Shown here: positions 1-12,065 of the stretch, one piece after another
Numbering within the stretch: position 1 is the stretch's first letter
Layout of the letters: each line of letters opens with the position of its first letter
Source of the DNA: Asterias rubens
Taxonomy: Eukaryota
Length of the DNA stretch: 64,000 nucleotides
Direction: 5' to 3'
Assembly: GCF_902459465.1 (NCBI RefSeq)
Contig: NC_047062.1
Location: forward strand, 23,994,001 to 24,058,000
Notes under the pieces: generated by a model
What the model was told of the DNA's origin: nothing
The model's database searches: none
Seen by the model: only the letters and a program-made list of their open reading frames with translations
Made by a program: the position numbers and the translations under genes

Positions 1-78
1 GAATGCTAACACACCTCCAATCAAATAGTAAACTACACAATTAATAAGACAACTAATGGACACCGGTGTCACTATTGC

Positions 79-298
79 GGTGATCGTGGTCGAGCGTTCA
101 AGTGCGATGGACTCAAGCTCTGGTGTTTCTGGTCAGCCGGGTGTGGGTACAAGTCCTAATCATGACATTTGTATCTTTAAGTAAGACACTTAACCAGTAT
201 TGATTCTTCCTTCGGGATTGGACTTCGAGTCGTTGCTCCCGTGTGTTGTGTAGTAATGCATGCAAAAAGAACCCAGTACACATATCGTTAAGAGAAGG
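79..298 (+). mobile_element. tRNA-derived SINE (degenerate); second copy at ~2343-2561
   Basis: A-box-like tggtcgagcg and decayed B-box gggtacaagtcc, followed by a CORE-like segment (aagtaagacacttaacc) and a body ending aagaacccag...agagaagg. Confidence 0.7.
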
Positions 299-1550
299 TT
301 ATTGGCAATGGTGCCAAGTTTGCCGCAGCAACTTGTAAACTCTTACTAAATGCACTGGACACTATTGGTAATTACTCAAAATGATTGTTAGCATATCTGA
401 TTAATACTCTGATAGTTTTTTTTATTGTTAGCCAAAGTCTGCAGAAAAAAAAGGAAACAAAAGTCCAGTAAAAAAATCAAGGAATGTCTTGAACAAACTT
501 TGTTTGTAAATATTTATGCTAAGAAAAATGAACATATTAAATGTTGCTTGTTTCACAATGAAGTTTCACAATGAAGTTTAAAGGAGCTACACAAATCAGC
601 CTCATAAAATCACAAATCACTTCGGGCCCGGACCCTTAGGCGGGCTCGGACTCTAAGGCAGGCCCAGACCACAGGCCATTAAAGGCTTCGCGTCCCCCTG
701 AAGAGCGGGCTTCATCTTTAGTAGATGTGCCACACCCACCAACCATCCCCCACCCTCCCCTAAAACTTTTTTTCTTGATCCACCCTTGATGAAGCTGGTG
801 ATGATGGGGATAAAATGCCGTCTGAGCATTATAATGCAGAAACAATATGGATATTACGAAGCTACAGTTTTTTTCTTTTTTTAGGTACATTAACCATGAG
901 AGCAAAAATAGGTGCATCAAAGCTCGAAATAGGCATTAAATTCAAACATCTGAGAGGGGGGCACACCACCCCTCAGACTCCCTAGATTACACCTGAGCAT
1001 CTACGGCCTAAACATTTCCTAGGGCATAATGCGGGCCCTGGACCCCTAGCCGTAAATGTTATGTCCCCCCATCTTTCAAGACGAATTGATCTCCTGGCCA
1101 CCCAAAAAAGTTCGCCATTTCTTTTAACAAGCTAACTGCATGTCATGGATGACACGCTTGCTTACGCACGCACATACATGTACAGTAGACAGTTCCATCA
1201 AGTTGATTTCACGTGTACCAACACACACACACGCACACGCACAGCCCCGAAAAAAAAGAACGAAATCTATTAAATTATAACTCACATTTTGTACAACTCA
1301 CAACTATGACACTTTACAGAAGGCAGGAGCATTCTCTCCTCTTGCTATAGTAGATAAACTTCTACTGTGAAAAGTTTCAAATCCTACTTAATACCTACCT
1401 CATACAGCCAGATCTTTCCATACCAGCTTGAACAGTTTCTGATGAATACTCTGATAGTTTTTTTGATTGTTGGCCGAAGTCTGCACGAAAAAAGGAAACA
1501 AAAGCCAAGTAGTCAGGAACTCTTGAACAAACTTTGTTTGTAAATATTTA

Positions 1551-2029
1551 TTCCGGGTCAATTCAAATGACCCGGATTCCGGGTCAATTCAAATGACCCA
1601 GATTCAGGGTAAATTCAAATCACCCGGATTCCGGGTCAATGCAAATGACCCAGATTCCGGGTCAATTCAAATGACCCGGATTCCGGGTCAATTGAAATGA
1701 CCCGGATTCCGGGTCAATTGAAATGACCCGGATTCCGGGTCAATGCAAATGACCCGGATTCCGGGTCAATGCAAATGACCTGGATTCCGGGTCGATTCAA
1801 ATGACCCGGATTCCGGTTCAATGCAAATGACCCGGATTCCGGGTCAATGCAAATGACCCGGATTCCGGGTCATTGCAAATGACCCGGATTCCGGGTCAAT
1901 GCAAATGACCCGGATTCCGGGTCAATGCAAATGACCCGGATTCCGGGTCAATTGCAAATGACCCGGATTCCGGGTCAATGCAAATGACCCGGATTCCGGG
2001 TCAATGCAAATGACCCGGATTCCGGGTCA
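1551..2029. repeat. Minisatellite, ~18 copies of a doubly palindromic 26-bp unit ccgggtca(attcaaa/atgcaaa/attgaaa)tgacccggatt
   Basis: Read directly. Each unit contains ccgggtca..tgacccgg, and adjacent units form tgacccgga-t-tccgggtca. Confidence 0.97.
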
Positions 2030-2235
2030 AAACATTTGAACATTCAAAAGGACCCAGCTTGTACCCAGCTAGATTCTGGGTGAACAAAATATCATGACCA
2101 GGACTTGCCCACACCTTGCTAACCAGAAACACCAGAGCTTGAGTCCGGTGCACTTGACCACTCGGCCACGATCGCCTCAAAAGTGACACTTGCGTCCATT
2201 AGTTGTCTTATTAATTGTGTAAGTTATTTTTTGAT
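2030..2235 (-). mobile_element. Inverted tRNA-SINE head plus flank, fused to the right end of the 26-bp array
   Basis: Reverse complement of ~4125-4330; the minus strand reads tggccgagtggtcaagtgcaccggactcaagctctggtg. Confidence 0.85.
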
Positions 2236-4124
2236 TTTCCTATTTTACTTTCCTACAAAAATCAGAATGCTAACACACCTCCAATCAAATAGTAAACTAC
2301 ACAATTAATAAGACAACTAATGGACACCGGTGTCACTATTGCGGTGATCGTGGTCGAGCGTTCAAGTGCGATGGACTCAAGCTCTGGTGTTTCTGGTCAG
2401 CCGGGTGTGGGTACAAGTCCTAATCATGACATTTGTATCTTTAAGTAAGACACTTAACCAGTATTGATTCTTCCTTCGGGATTGGACTTCGAGTCGTTGC
2501 TCCCGTGTGTTGTGTAGTAATGCATGCAAAAAGAACCCAGTACACATATCGTTAAGAGAAGGTTATTGGCAATGGTGCCAAGTTTGCCGCAGCAACTTGT
2601 AAACTCTTACTAAATGCACTGGACACTATTGGTAATTACTCAAAATGATTGTTAGCATATCTGATTAATACTCTGATAGTTTTTTTTATTGTTAGCCAAA
2701 GTCTTCAGAAAAAAAGGAAACAAAAGTCCAGTAAAAAAATCAAGGAATGTCTTGAACAAACTTTGTTTGTAAATATTTATGCTAAGAAAAATGAACATAT
2801 TAAATGTTGCTTGTTTCACAATGAAGTTTCACAATGAAGTTTAAAGGAGCTACACAAATCAGCCTCATAAAATCACAAATCACTTCGGGCCCGGACCCTT
2901 AGGCGGGCCCGGACTCTAAGGCAGGCCCAGACCACAGGCCATTAAAGGCTTCGCGTCCCCCTGAAGAGCAGGCTTCATCTTTAGTAGATGTGCCACACCC
3001 ACCAACCATCCCCCACCCTCCCCTAAAACTTTTTTTCTTGATCCACCCTTGATGAAGCTGGTGATGATGGGGATAAAATGCCGTCTGAGCATTATAATGC
3101 AGAAACAATATGGATATTACGAAGCTACAGTTTTTTTCTTTTTTTAGGTACATTAACCATGAGAGCAAAAATAGGTGCATCAAAGCTCGAAATAGGCATT
3201 AAATTCAAACATCTGAGAGGGGGGCACACCACCCCTCAGACTCCCTAGATTACACCAGAGCATCTACGGCCTAAACATTTTCCTAGGGCATAATGCGGGC
3301 CCTGGACCCCTAGCCGTAAATGTTATGTCCCCCCATCTTTCAAGACGAATTGATCTCCTGGCCACCCAAAAAAGTTCGCCATTTCTTTTAACAAGCTAAC
3401 TGCATGTCATGGATGACACGCTTGCTTACGCACGCACATACATGTACAGTAGACAGTTCCATCAAGTTGATTTCACGTGTACCAACACACACACACGCAC
3501 ACACACAGCCCCGAAAAAAAAGAACGAAATCTATTAAATTATAACTCACATTTTGTACAACTCACAACTATGACACTTTACAGAAGGCAGGAGCATTCTC
3601 TCCTCTTGCTATAGTAGATAAACTTCTACTGTGAAAAGTTTCAAATCCTACTTAATACCTACCTCATACAGCCAGATCTTTCCATACCAGCTTGAACAGT
3701 TTCTGATGAATACTCTGATAGTTTTTTTGATTGTTGGCCGAAGTCTGCACGAAAAAAGGAAACAAAAGCCAAGTAGTCAAGGAACTCTTGAACAAACTTT
3801 GTTTGTAAATATTTATGCAAGAAAAACGAACATACATGTATTTGAAGGTCAATATTTAACCTGGGCATTAGTAAATGTTAACTGTGATACCAAAAAAGTA
3901 AAAATATCAAACTCTCAAGATCGATAACACTAGGACACAAACCGACTCTCTGCCGATCAGAGACATCAAAATGGTGTCTTTTTACACGGTCGGAGCCTTG
4001 CTATAAAAGAACGTGTCGATTTTATCACACAGCCAGTACGACCCTGCATGTTTCAAAATGAAGTTTAAGACCTCTTCCCCACTCTTTTATTTTCCTAAAA
4101 AATCATTTTGCTGCCACAGCTTCC

Positions 4125-4528
4125 AATCAAATAATTAATTACACAATTAATCAGACAACTAATGGACGCAGGTGTCACTTTTGAGGCGATAGTGGCCGAG
4201 TGGTCAAGTGCACTGGACTCAAGCTATGGTGTTTCTGGTTAGCAAGGTGTGGGTACAAGTCCTGGTCATGACATTTTGTTGACCCGGAATCCAGGTGGGT
4301 ACATGGCAGGTCCTTTTGAATATTCAAATGTTTTGACCCGGATTCGTGTCAAAATGTTCTGACCCAGATTCCGGGTCAAGTAAAATGACCCGGAATCCGG
4401 GTCATTTGAAATGAACCGGATTCCGGGTCAAGTTAAATGACCCGGAATCCGGGTAAATTGAAATGAACCGGATTCCGGGTCAATGCAAATGACCCGGATT
4501 CTGAGTCAATTGAAATGAACCGGATTAA
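4125..4528 (+). repeat. tRNA-SINE head, ~60-bp linker, then degenerate 26-bp palindromic array
   Basis: A-box tggccgagtgg at ~4193 and gggtacaagtcc. The array runs ~4330-4528 and then resumes in the SINE 3' part (aagaacccagtac). Confidence 0.85.
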
Positions 4529-6918
4529 AGAACCCAGTACACATATCGTTAAGAGAAGGTTATTGGCAATGGTGCCAAGTTTGCCGCAGCAACTTGTAAA
4601 CTCTTACTAAATGCACTGGACACTATTGGTAATTACTCAAAATAATTGTTAGCATATCTGATGAATACTCTGATAGTTTTTTTTTATTGTTAGCCGAAGT
4701 CTGCAGAAAAAAGGAAACAAAAGTCCAGTAAAAAAATCAAGGAACGTCTTGAACAAACTTTGTTTGTAAATATTTATGCTAAGAAAAATGAACATATTAA
4801 ATGTTGCTTGTTTCACAATGAAGTTTCACAATGAAGTTTAAAGGAGCTACACAAATCAGCCTCATAAAATCACAAATCACTTCAAACACTTTAAAAATGG
4901 TCTCTCTTTGTTGAAGAACCTTGAGCAACTTTTTGGTTGATAGATAACTCCATAAGACTCTAGTGTTATTGTTATGATTACATTATTTAACCTTATTCTT
5001 AATCAAAACACGGAAAGTTGATGTTGGATTGTCTTACCATCTGGGAATGTTCCGCAAAGTCCTCCTTGTTTTCATCATCAGTGTCATCTAAAGCTTCACA
5101 TTCTCCATCATTCTGACAAGATCCACTGCAACCAAAAAATAAACAACATTGAACTATCAACTACCACAAGTGCATAACAATGACCTTGGTAGGTATATTG
5201 AAATGACCCTTGTTGAGCACCCTGCCTTGGTTGGATACTGTCACTGGACCTCGGGTTGTTCCAATAATAGTTTCCAGCCACAACCCGATGTCGCAGTCTC
5301 CGATGTCCGGCATGCTAAAAGCTCCGGATGACCAAATACAGCAGTATTACGTCATTCCATGACTGCGCACAGCAAGCGAAAGTGGTAGATTTTAGTAGAT
5401 TTTAGCTGTCATGGCGGTGTCAACAAGTAAATCGTATGATGAAAGAGTAGAGCGTCTACAACAGTATTGTTCAAAAGCATGCAACAACATAATCGAGTAT
5501 CAAGCATGAATTACAAAGAAGAAAGCCAAAGAGGGTTGTGCGTTGCCAGGTGAAAAAGGACTCATATCATAAAAAAAAGGATCTCGGATATTATTTGCAG
5601 CGGCAGTATATGAAGCACGGGAGACCAACACCCACAACGACAGGATGCTGAAATGTCCGGTGACGTCATCCGGAACTTTGAGCACAACAGACATCTACCA
5701 TGACACCGGTCATTACCATGCAGTAAAGGCTTGCTCCTTACACTTTTTCTGCCATGACCATGGCCCTTTCCATGGGCGCCAATCAGGGGGTTGGGGGGGG
5801 GGAGACACAGGGGGACATTGTCCCTGTCATCATTTGGAGGGTGGAGGACACAATATCAAATGTCCCCACCCCCCATCTTTTTGACCACCTTTATCATGAA
5901 GCCCAAGTTTTTACTAATGTAAGACCAAACCCTGTGTGCCCACCATGTGCATTAATCCAAGGGACAAAGGATGACACAACTTTTTAAAGGGTGGGGGACA
6001 CTATAGTCAAATGTCCCCCCTCATAATTGGCCCTAGATTGCATCACAGAGCAGCTAAAAAAAATGCAAAATTTCCTGGGCCCTTAATCTGGCCTGCACCC
6101 AGCGCCGTAAATGCTTCTCACACGCATACTCCATCGTTGACACCTCCCCCTTGAAAGAGTGGAAGGGACGTGTACCCCCACCCCATTTTCGAAGGGTGGG
6201 GGATACAATACCAAATGTTCCCCCTGTCTTTTGACCCCCATTATCATGATAGTCAGGTTTTGCACTATATGTAAAAAGGCCAAACCCTGTGCCCAAAACG
6301 CTGTGTCCCGTCAAATTGCCATCAATCCTGGGGGGGGGGGGGACACCACAATGTTCCCCAGTTTTGTTAACCCGTGTGTCGTATAAGAGCACGTAAGTTC
6401 GTGTCATCTCCATACCTTTTAGTTTTCTTGTAGTTACTGTATGTTTACTTTACGGTAACACGCTGTCTCTGTCTGTCATTGCCGTTCTGCGGCCTCTGTG
6501 GCTAGTGTGAGTGATATTGGTATAGTTTTACCCAGATAACTCCGCACGCAAGGCTGTTATTAACTCTGTTCCATTTGACACCACATTCAATTGAAACGTT
6601 TCTGAGTTCATTGTTTTCTTTTCCCGCAAACCTTGCGTACAACATTGCAACAATCCACTACACATTTTTATACCCATCTTTTTTATTTTGTTAATAATGA
6701 AAGTTCAAGTATTTCTAAAATCCAAAACTGGGCCTAAATTCTACTGCTCATGTTTTGAAGGCTTATTGTTCTGATTCTTTGGCATTGGGTCTCTAAATGG
6801 CCTAAGATTGTACCACAGAGCATCTAGAATGCCGTAAAGGCTTCACACTCGCGTGCTCATCACTCTTTGACAGATTTGCACCTGATGCTCAAAAGGTTCC
6901 ATGTAATAATAATAATAT

Positions 6919-7450
6919 GTGTGGGTACAAGTCCTGTTCATGACATTTCGTTGACCCGGAATCCAGGTGGGTACATGGCGGGTCCTTTTGATTGTTCAAA
7001 TTTTTGACCCGGATTCCGGGTCAAAATGTTTTGACCCGGATTCCAGGTCAATTCAAATGACCCGGATTCCGGGTCATTTGAAATGACCCGGATTCCGGGT
7101 CAAGTAAAATGACCCGGAATCCGGGAATCCGGGTCATTTGAAATGACCCGGATCCCGGGTCAAGTAAAATGACCCGGATTCCGGGTCAATTCAAATGACC
7201 CGGATTCCGGGTCAATTCAAATGACCCGGATTCCGGGTCATTTTACTTGACCCGGATTCATGGTCAAAACACTTTGACCCAGAATCTGGTCATTACATTT
7301 CATTGACCCGGAATCCGGGTCAAATCATTTTGACCCAGAATCCGGGTCAAAACATTTGATCATTGAAAAGGACCCAGCTTGTACCCACCTGGATTCTGGG
7401 TCAACGAAATGCCATGACCAGGACTTGTACCCACACCTTGCTTGCCAGCC
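6919..7450. mobile_element. Foldback-like structure: ~120-bp inverted arms (SINE B-box half plus linker) around a 26-bp palindromic array
   Basis: gtgtgggtacaagtcc...ggtccttttga at 6919-6992 is mirrored by aaaaggaccc...ggacttgtacccacac ending at 7436. The array switches orientation internally. Confidence 0.85.
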
Positions 7451-8011
7451 TATATAGACATTACCACATAAGTTCCTGTGGTATTTAATATTCCTGTGGT
7501 ATTTTGTGCGGTAAATCAAGGTACCACAGGAAATATCATTTTACAACAGCCACTGGATGGGGCCCCATCCAGCTAGAGGCAACAGTGATTGCAGCGATAT
7601 TAGTGATAGTGACAACATCAGGGAGGAGGTGGAGAACAAGATCACCCACTCGAAGTTCAACCTGGCTATATCAGTCTCATTATCGGACACGCTAGAGGCG
7701 TGAGTGCAAGACAAGTGTCAAGCGCATAACCAGCCCAGGCACACAACATAAGGGGCCACTTCTGGGACAAGATGCTAGGAAGACATGCACGCTACTGCAG
7801 AAAAAAAACAGATTGAAGCACAAGACTACCAGACGAGTGGTCAGACAATGTTTGTTCAAACTATGCCAAAAAGCAAGCTTTGAAGAGGTCAGTAAAAAAA
7901 AAAATATTATCAATATCTCAGGTACTCAGGGCTCAATTTAAGGACTCATTTAAAAAAGGAAATTAACCAAAATAGTAAAAAATAAATAAATTAAAGTTAT
8001 GTTCAGTTTAA

Positions 8012-8804
8012 AGGGATATATGCACTTTTTCCTAACAAAAAACACAATGTCAACAGATTTACATTAAATTTACACAGATTGAAGATAATGATAGTAGAAA
8101 GCTTCCCTTGAAATTTTACTTACTGAGGTGCTGTAGTTTTTGAGAAATGAGTAAAAGTAATAATTTTCGTCTCAGTTTTAGCATGTAAAAACGTATAAAC
8201 CAGAAATGCTATGGTTTTGGTATAATATCATTTATAACTGGTTAAAGCCATTAATACACTTTCGGTAAACAGTATTGTCCAAGTCCCACACTTCGTGTAT
8301 CACAACTTATATATAAAATAACAATCCTGTGGAAATTTAGGCTCAATCGGACATCGGAGTCGGGAGAAAATAACGGGAAAACCCACTCCTGTTTTCGCGC
8401 GTTTCGCCGTGTCATGACATGTGTTTATAACAAATCCGTAATTCTCGTTAACGAGAATTTATATTGTTTTACCGTTTTCTCAAAAAGTAAAGCATTTCAT
8501 GGACTAATATTTCAAGAGAAGTCTTTCACCATTACCTTCTGTAAACCCTGTAAATTATTTGTAAATCTGTGAACTTTTTTTTTTTTCCTGTACCGAAAGG
8601 GTCCAATGGCTTTAAGGGGATTTTACATGCTAAAATAGTTTTGGTCTCATGAGACCAAAACTATTGTGTGACTTGTTTTACTCATTTCTCAAAAACTACA
8701 CAACCTTAGTTATATTTGAAGGGAAGCTTTCCACTATCATATATCTTCAAACCCTGTAAGTTTAATGTAAATCCGTGGACATTTTGAAAAAGTACCCGAA
8801 TCCT
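8012..8804. mobile_element. Non-autonomous DNA transposon (TTAA target, AGG termini, Kolobok-type) carrying a nested MITE
   Basis: TTAA at 8008-8011 and 8805-8808, with long internal inverted arms. An uninterrupted relative lies at 60300-60725. Confidence 0.85.
8246..8611. mobile_element. Nested TTAA-flanked MITE (agccatt...aatggct); truncated relative at ~13443-13690
   Basis: TTAA is duplicated at 8242-8245 and 8612-8615. The host copy at 60.5 kb has a single TTAA at the same site (60515-60518). Confidence 0.88.
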
Positions 8805-11337
8805 TTAACCAGGCTTGAAAAGTTCAGTTAAAAAAACAAAAAAGTTCAGTTCACATGGCCTGGTCAGGCAAAAAAGTTCATAAATCATTGCCAATTTAAG
8901 CACTAATTTAAAAAAAAAAGGAAATAAAAAAAATAGTAAAAATAAATAAATGAAATGAAGTTCAGTTCAGTTCACATATCCTTGGTTCATATATCAAGAT
9001 TTGAAAAGTTAAGTTATAAAAGTTTAAAATAATTTAAATTTACATTTCCGTGGTTAGGCACTAGAGTTCTAATGCTAAGGTTTTAAGAGTTCAGCTGGTC
9101 AGGCACTACAATATAATAGGCTTATAAAATCTACCCCCCCCCCCAAATTTAAAACAAAAAGAAGTTCAGTTCACATTCCCTTTTTATGCATTCTCGACCA
9201 ATGTTTAACCTTGGAAGTGCCCCCTACATTGATGGCTGCTTGGTCACTGCAGCTCCCATTATAATTGCATATTATAATTATCATAATTGAGTTCAGAGTG
9301 TGGGACTTTCTTTGTGCTTTTTCTGAATTTCTACGAGTGCTGTATCCTGAGGAGATGCAGATAGTATTTGGTCAGCCATGTTTGTTTTCTGATACCATCA
9401 TCAAGTGAGTGAATGACTTCTAAATTCACAACCCTATTGTACAATGTACACTAACATTGATACTGTGCACTGTGGATATCGGTCCCATTGAGACAAGCCA
9501 CAACCCACATAAGGCCCTTGCTACATCTGGGAGGTCTTCTGAAGTATTTAGCCACAGCTAGAGTTAGATTCACATTAAATCTAGTTCTAATCTTGGTAAT
9601 GGTAGGGTTTAAAGTGAAGTCCAGTTCACTAGGCCTGCAATTTTTGAAGTTCAGTTCACACAAATAATAAAAAGAAGTTGTACATTTTCCTTGACAAGGT
9701 ACTAAAGTTCATAGCAGGTTTTAAGATTCATTTATTTAAACAAAAGTTCAGTTCACATATCCTGGTCAGGGACAAAAGTTCCGACATGTATCCGGGCTCA
9801 ATTTAAACACCCACTTAAAAAAAAGGAAATAAAAAAAAAATAAAAAAAAATAAGCAAGTAAAATTAAGTTCAGTTCAGTTCACATATCCTTGGTTCATAT
9901 AATTATTTATAAATTTACATTTCCTTGGTTCTAATGCTAAGGTTTTAAGAGTTCAGCTGGTCAGGCAAGACTTTTGGGCAAAGCTATTGGGCAAGACTAA
10001 AAAAAAAAATTAAACAAAAATAGCACAATGAAGATTTCTAGCTTGAACAATAGAGTATCTTGACAATCGCTTACTAAACAAAATACCTGTGTATTTGAAG
10101 ATTTCTTGCTTGAACATTGCTTTCTTGAACACTTGTCAATTGACATATCGCTCATTAGACAAATTATGAACTTGAAGATTTCTCGATTGAAGTTTAAAAC
10201 TTCCTTCTTGACAGACATATTGCTGATCATCATGAGACAAAATATCACACATATTTCTCCAAAAGATCATGTCTTAAGTATTTGAAGTTCATGTTCATTT
10301 CTAGCTTTCATGGGCCATGATCCAAGAATAAAATCGGCTTGATTTGAAGAAACACTATTCGCCATTGCTGAACGCACGCACGCACCCGGGCCCCTGTAGG
10401 CGCGTGGCTGAATGCATGCCGTGTGGTTGGCTCTCTCTCCCCGTCATGCTCGATCGTGTCGGCCTCCCCGGTCATGTCGTCCGTCCCTGTGCTCCCCTAC
10501 CGTACCTGGCCATGTATTCGAATGGCTCCATTAGCTACACTTTTCATCAGGCCATGACAGGCTAACTCGGTGGAATTCGCACAGACAAGAGTTCCACAAC
10601 GACGATGTAGAACTCTCAAAGCTCAACACAGTTGTCGCCCAACTTAGAACAATAAATTCCTTCCAATAAGTAGAATAACAGATGGCTCGAATACCTCCTG
10701 CGGTTACATAAAACATAGGTCCATCAAATTAGTCCAGCTGTCAGCTATAAAAGTTAATACAAACTCCGTGGAATTCGCACAGCCGTGAGTACGGTTCCAC
10801 ATTGAAGTTGGTCAGTTTTGTCCCTCTCTGGCCTCGTGTAAAACTCTCAAAGCCGGTTTGCCAATTAACACAGAATTTCGCCCAAATAATTATGAGCAAC
10901 AGCATAATTCCATAAAGTATGAACATGTCTCCTGGAAGGGTGGTACAACCATGGTACAACACGTGCGTTTAGAGCACAGCTGTAGCACATCCTCTTGTGT
11001 GGAGGACTTTTCTGAAAAATGGAAACCTCCAAAAAGTGAGCAATTCGACAAACCGCATAATTGCATAACAAAGGGGAATCTCTTCCGATACGCTGTGCAT
11101 AGAGCTATATAGCTCTATGGCTGTATGTCAAATTTCGATCTCAAGTGGAAAATATAAGCCCCGCCCAGCTTCTCACTATTGCTGTCACGTATTATATCTC
11201 ATTCACACAGCAAAACTTTGGCTTGGGGTCAAGTTTTCCTAATTTGCATACCAGAAAAACAAAATGTAAAGAAATGTGCAGGAATGTGCAGGCTTTGCAA
11301 AAGTCGTCCGTGATGTTGAATAGGGATTTGAGATATT

Positions 11338-11640
11338 AAATGGTGGACATCACTTGGTAACGAGTAATGGATAGCTAGTTGTTGATGTATTAAACATTGT
11401 TAGACTCCCTCTAACATAACATAGTTTTCGAGACAGAAGTAATTTTCCACGAATTTGATTTCGAGACTTCAGAATTAGATTTTGAGGTCTCGAATTGAAA
11501 GCAAACAACTTTGTATGACCATGGTGTGATCACAAGGATATTTCCCCATTATTATCTCGCAACGTGTGCATAGCCTCTGTTAGTTGAGATACACCAAGTG
11601 AGAAAACTGGTCTTTGACAATTACCAATAGTGCTACCAGT
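11338..11640. mobile_element. Degenerate copy of the abundant TTAA MITE (family A)
   Basis: Shares the internal core gtaattttccacgaatttgatttcgagac...gaggtctcgaa and the 3' end caattaccaatagtg. Confidence 0.75.
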
Positions 11641-12065
11641 AAAAAAATAAACTATTTGCATACCGGTACCGAATATTATTCATCAGCTCGTGTAATTTCG
11701 GCTGGCCCCAGAAATAAAATCTGATTATTTTATATGTTTTGTTTTTTAAACCCTGCTGATGACACTCGCTCTGCAGTCTGGTTGTAACAATCAATCAACA
11801 GAGGGCGCTATGCATAGTTAGCGGTCTCCAAATTCTTGGAAATTTCGACGATGCAATGGGGGTGTCATCATCGCGCAAATTTGTGTGTGTGTACACCTAT
11901 CCCAGGTCAAAATTCTTGGGTTTAACTGGTTTAACAGGATAGTGACCAAACTCGTCCTTTTTCAATATTAACCAACTGGTTTGGACTAGGTTTAACTGTG
12001 TTCAACTAGGTTTAAATTATAAACCAGTTGGTTTCTGTCCATTTTCGCAACTTCAACGACTAAGT

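Larger units (their letters stand above)
1..3815 (+). repeat. Near-identical direct duplication, period ~2264 bp (1-~1550 repeated at 2265-~3815); a third partial copy of ~265-623 lies at ~4527-4883
   Basis: gaatgctaacacacctcc occurs at 1 and 2265. The duplicated ORFs 636..920 and 2899..3183 differ at only two residues. The segment aagaacccagtacacatatcg...cacaaatcacttc recurs at ~4527-4883. Confidence 0.95.
7920..9965 (+). repeat. Loose tandem array built on an aagttcagttcacat motif; ~8900-9110 is duplicated at ~9790-9965
   Basis: The motif recurs at about 8865, 8960, 9165, 9650, 9748 and 9870 with A-rich spacers. Confidence 0.7.

Noticed and set aside
636-920. 94-aa ORF duplicated at 2899-3183
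   Set aside because: The similarity is explained by the DNA duplication; it has low-complexity composition, no domain and no splice context.
1551-2029. Palindromic repeat array as a CRISPR locus
   Set aside because: Units are contiguous with only a 7-bp, low-diversity variable part; there are no unique spacers or cas genes, and the context is eukaryotic.
7560-7900. Protein-like stretch with acidic and Ser-rich character
   Set aside because: Several stops in every frame and no recognisable motif; too weak to call.
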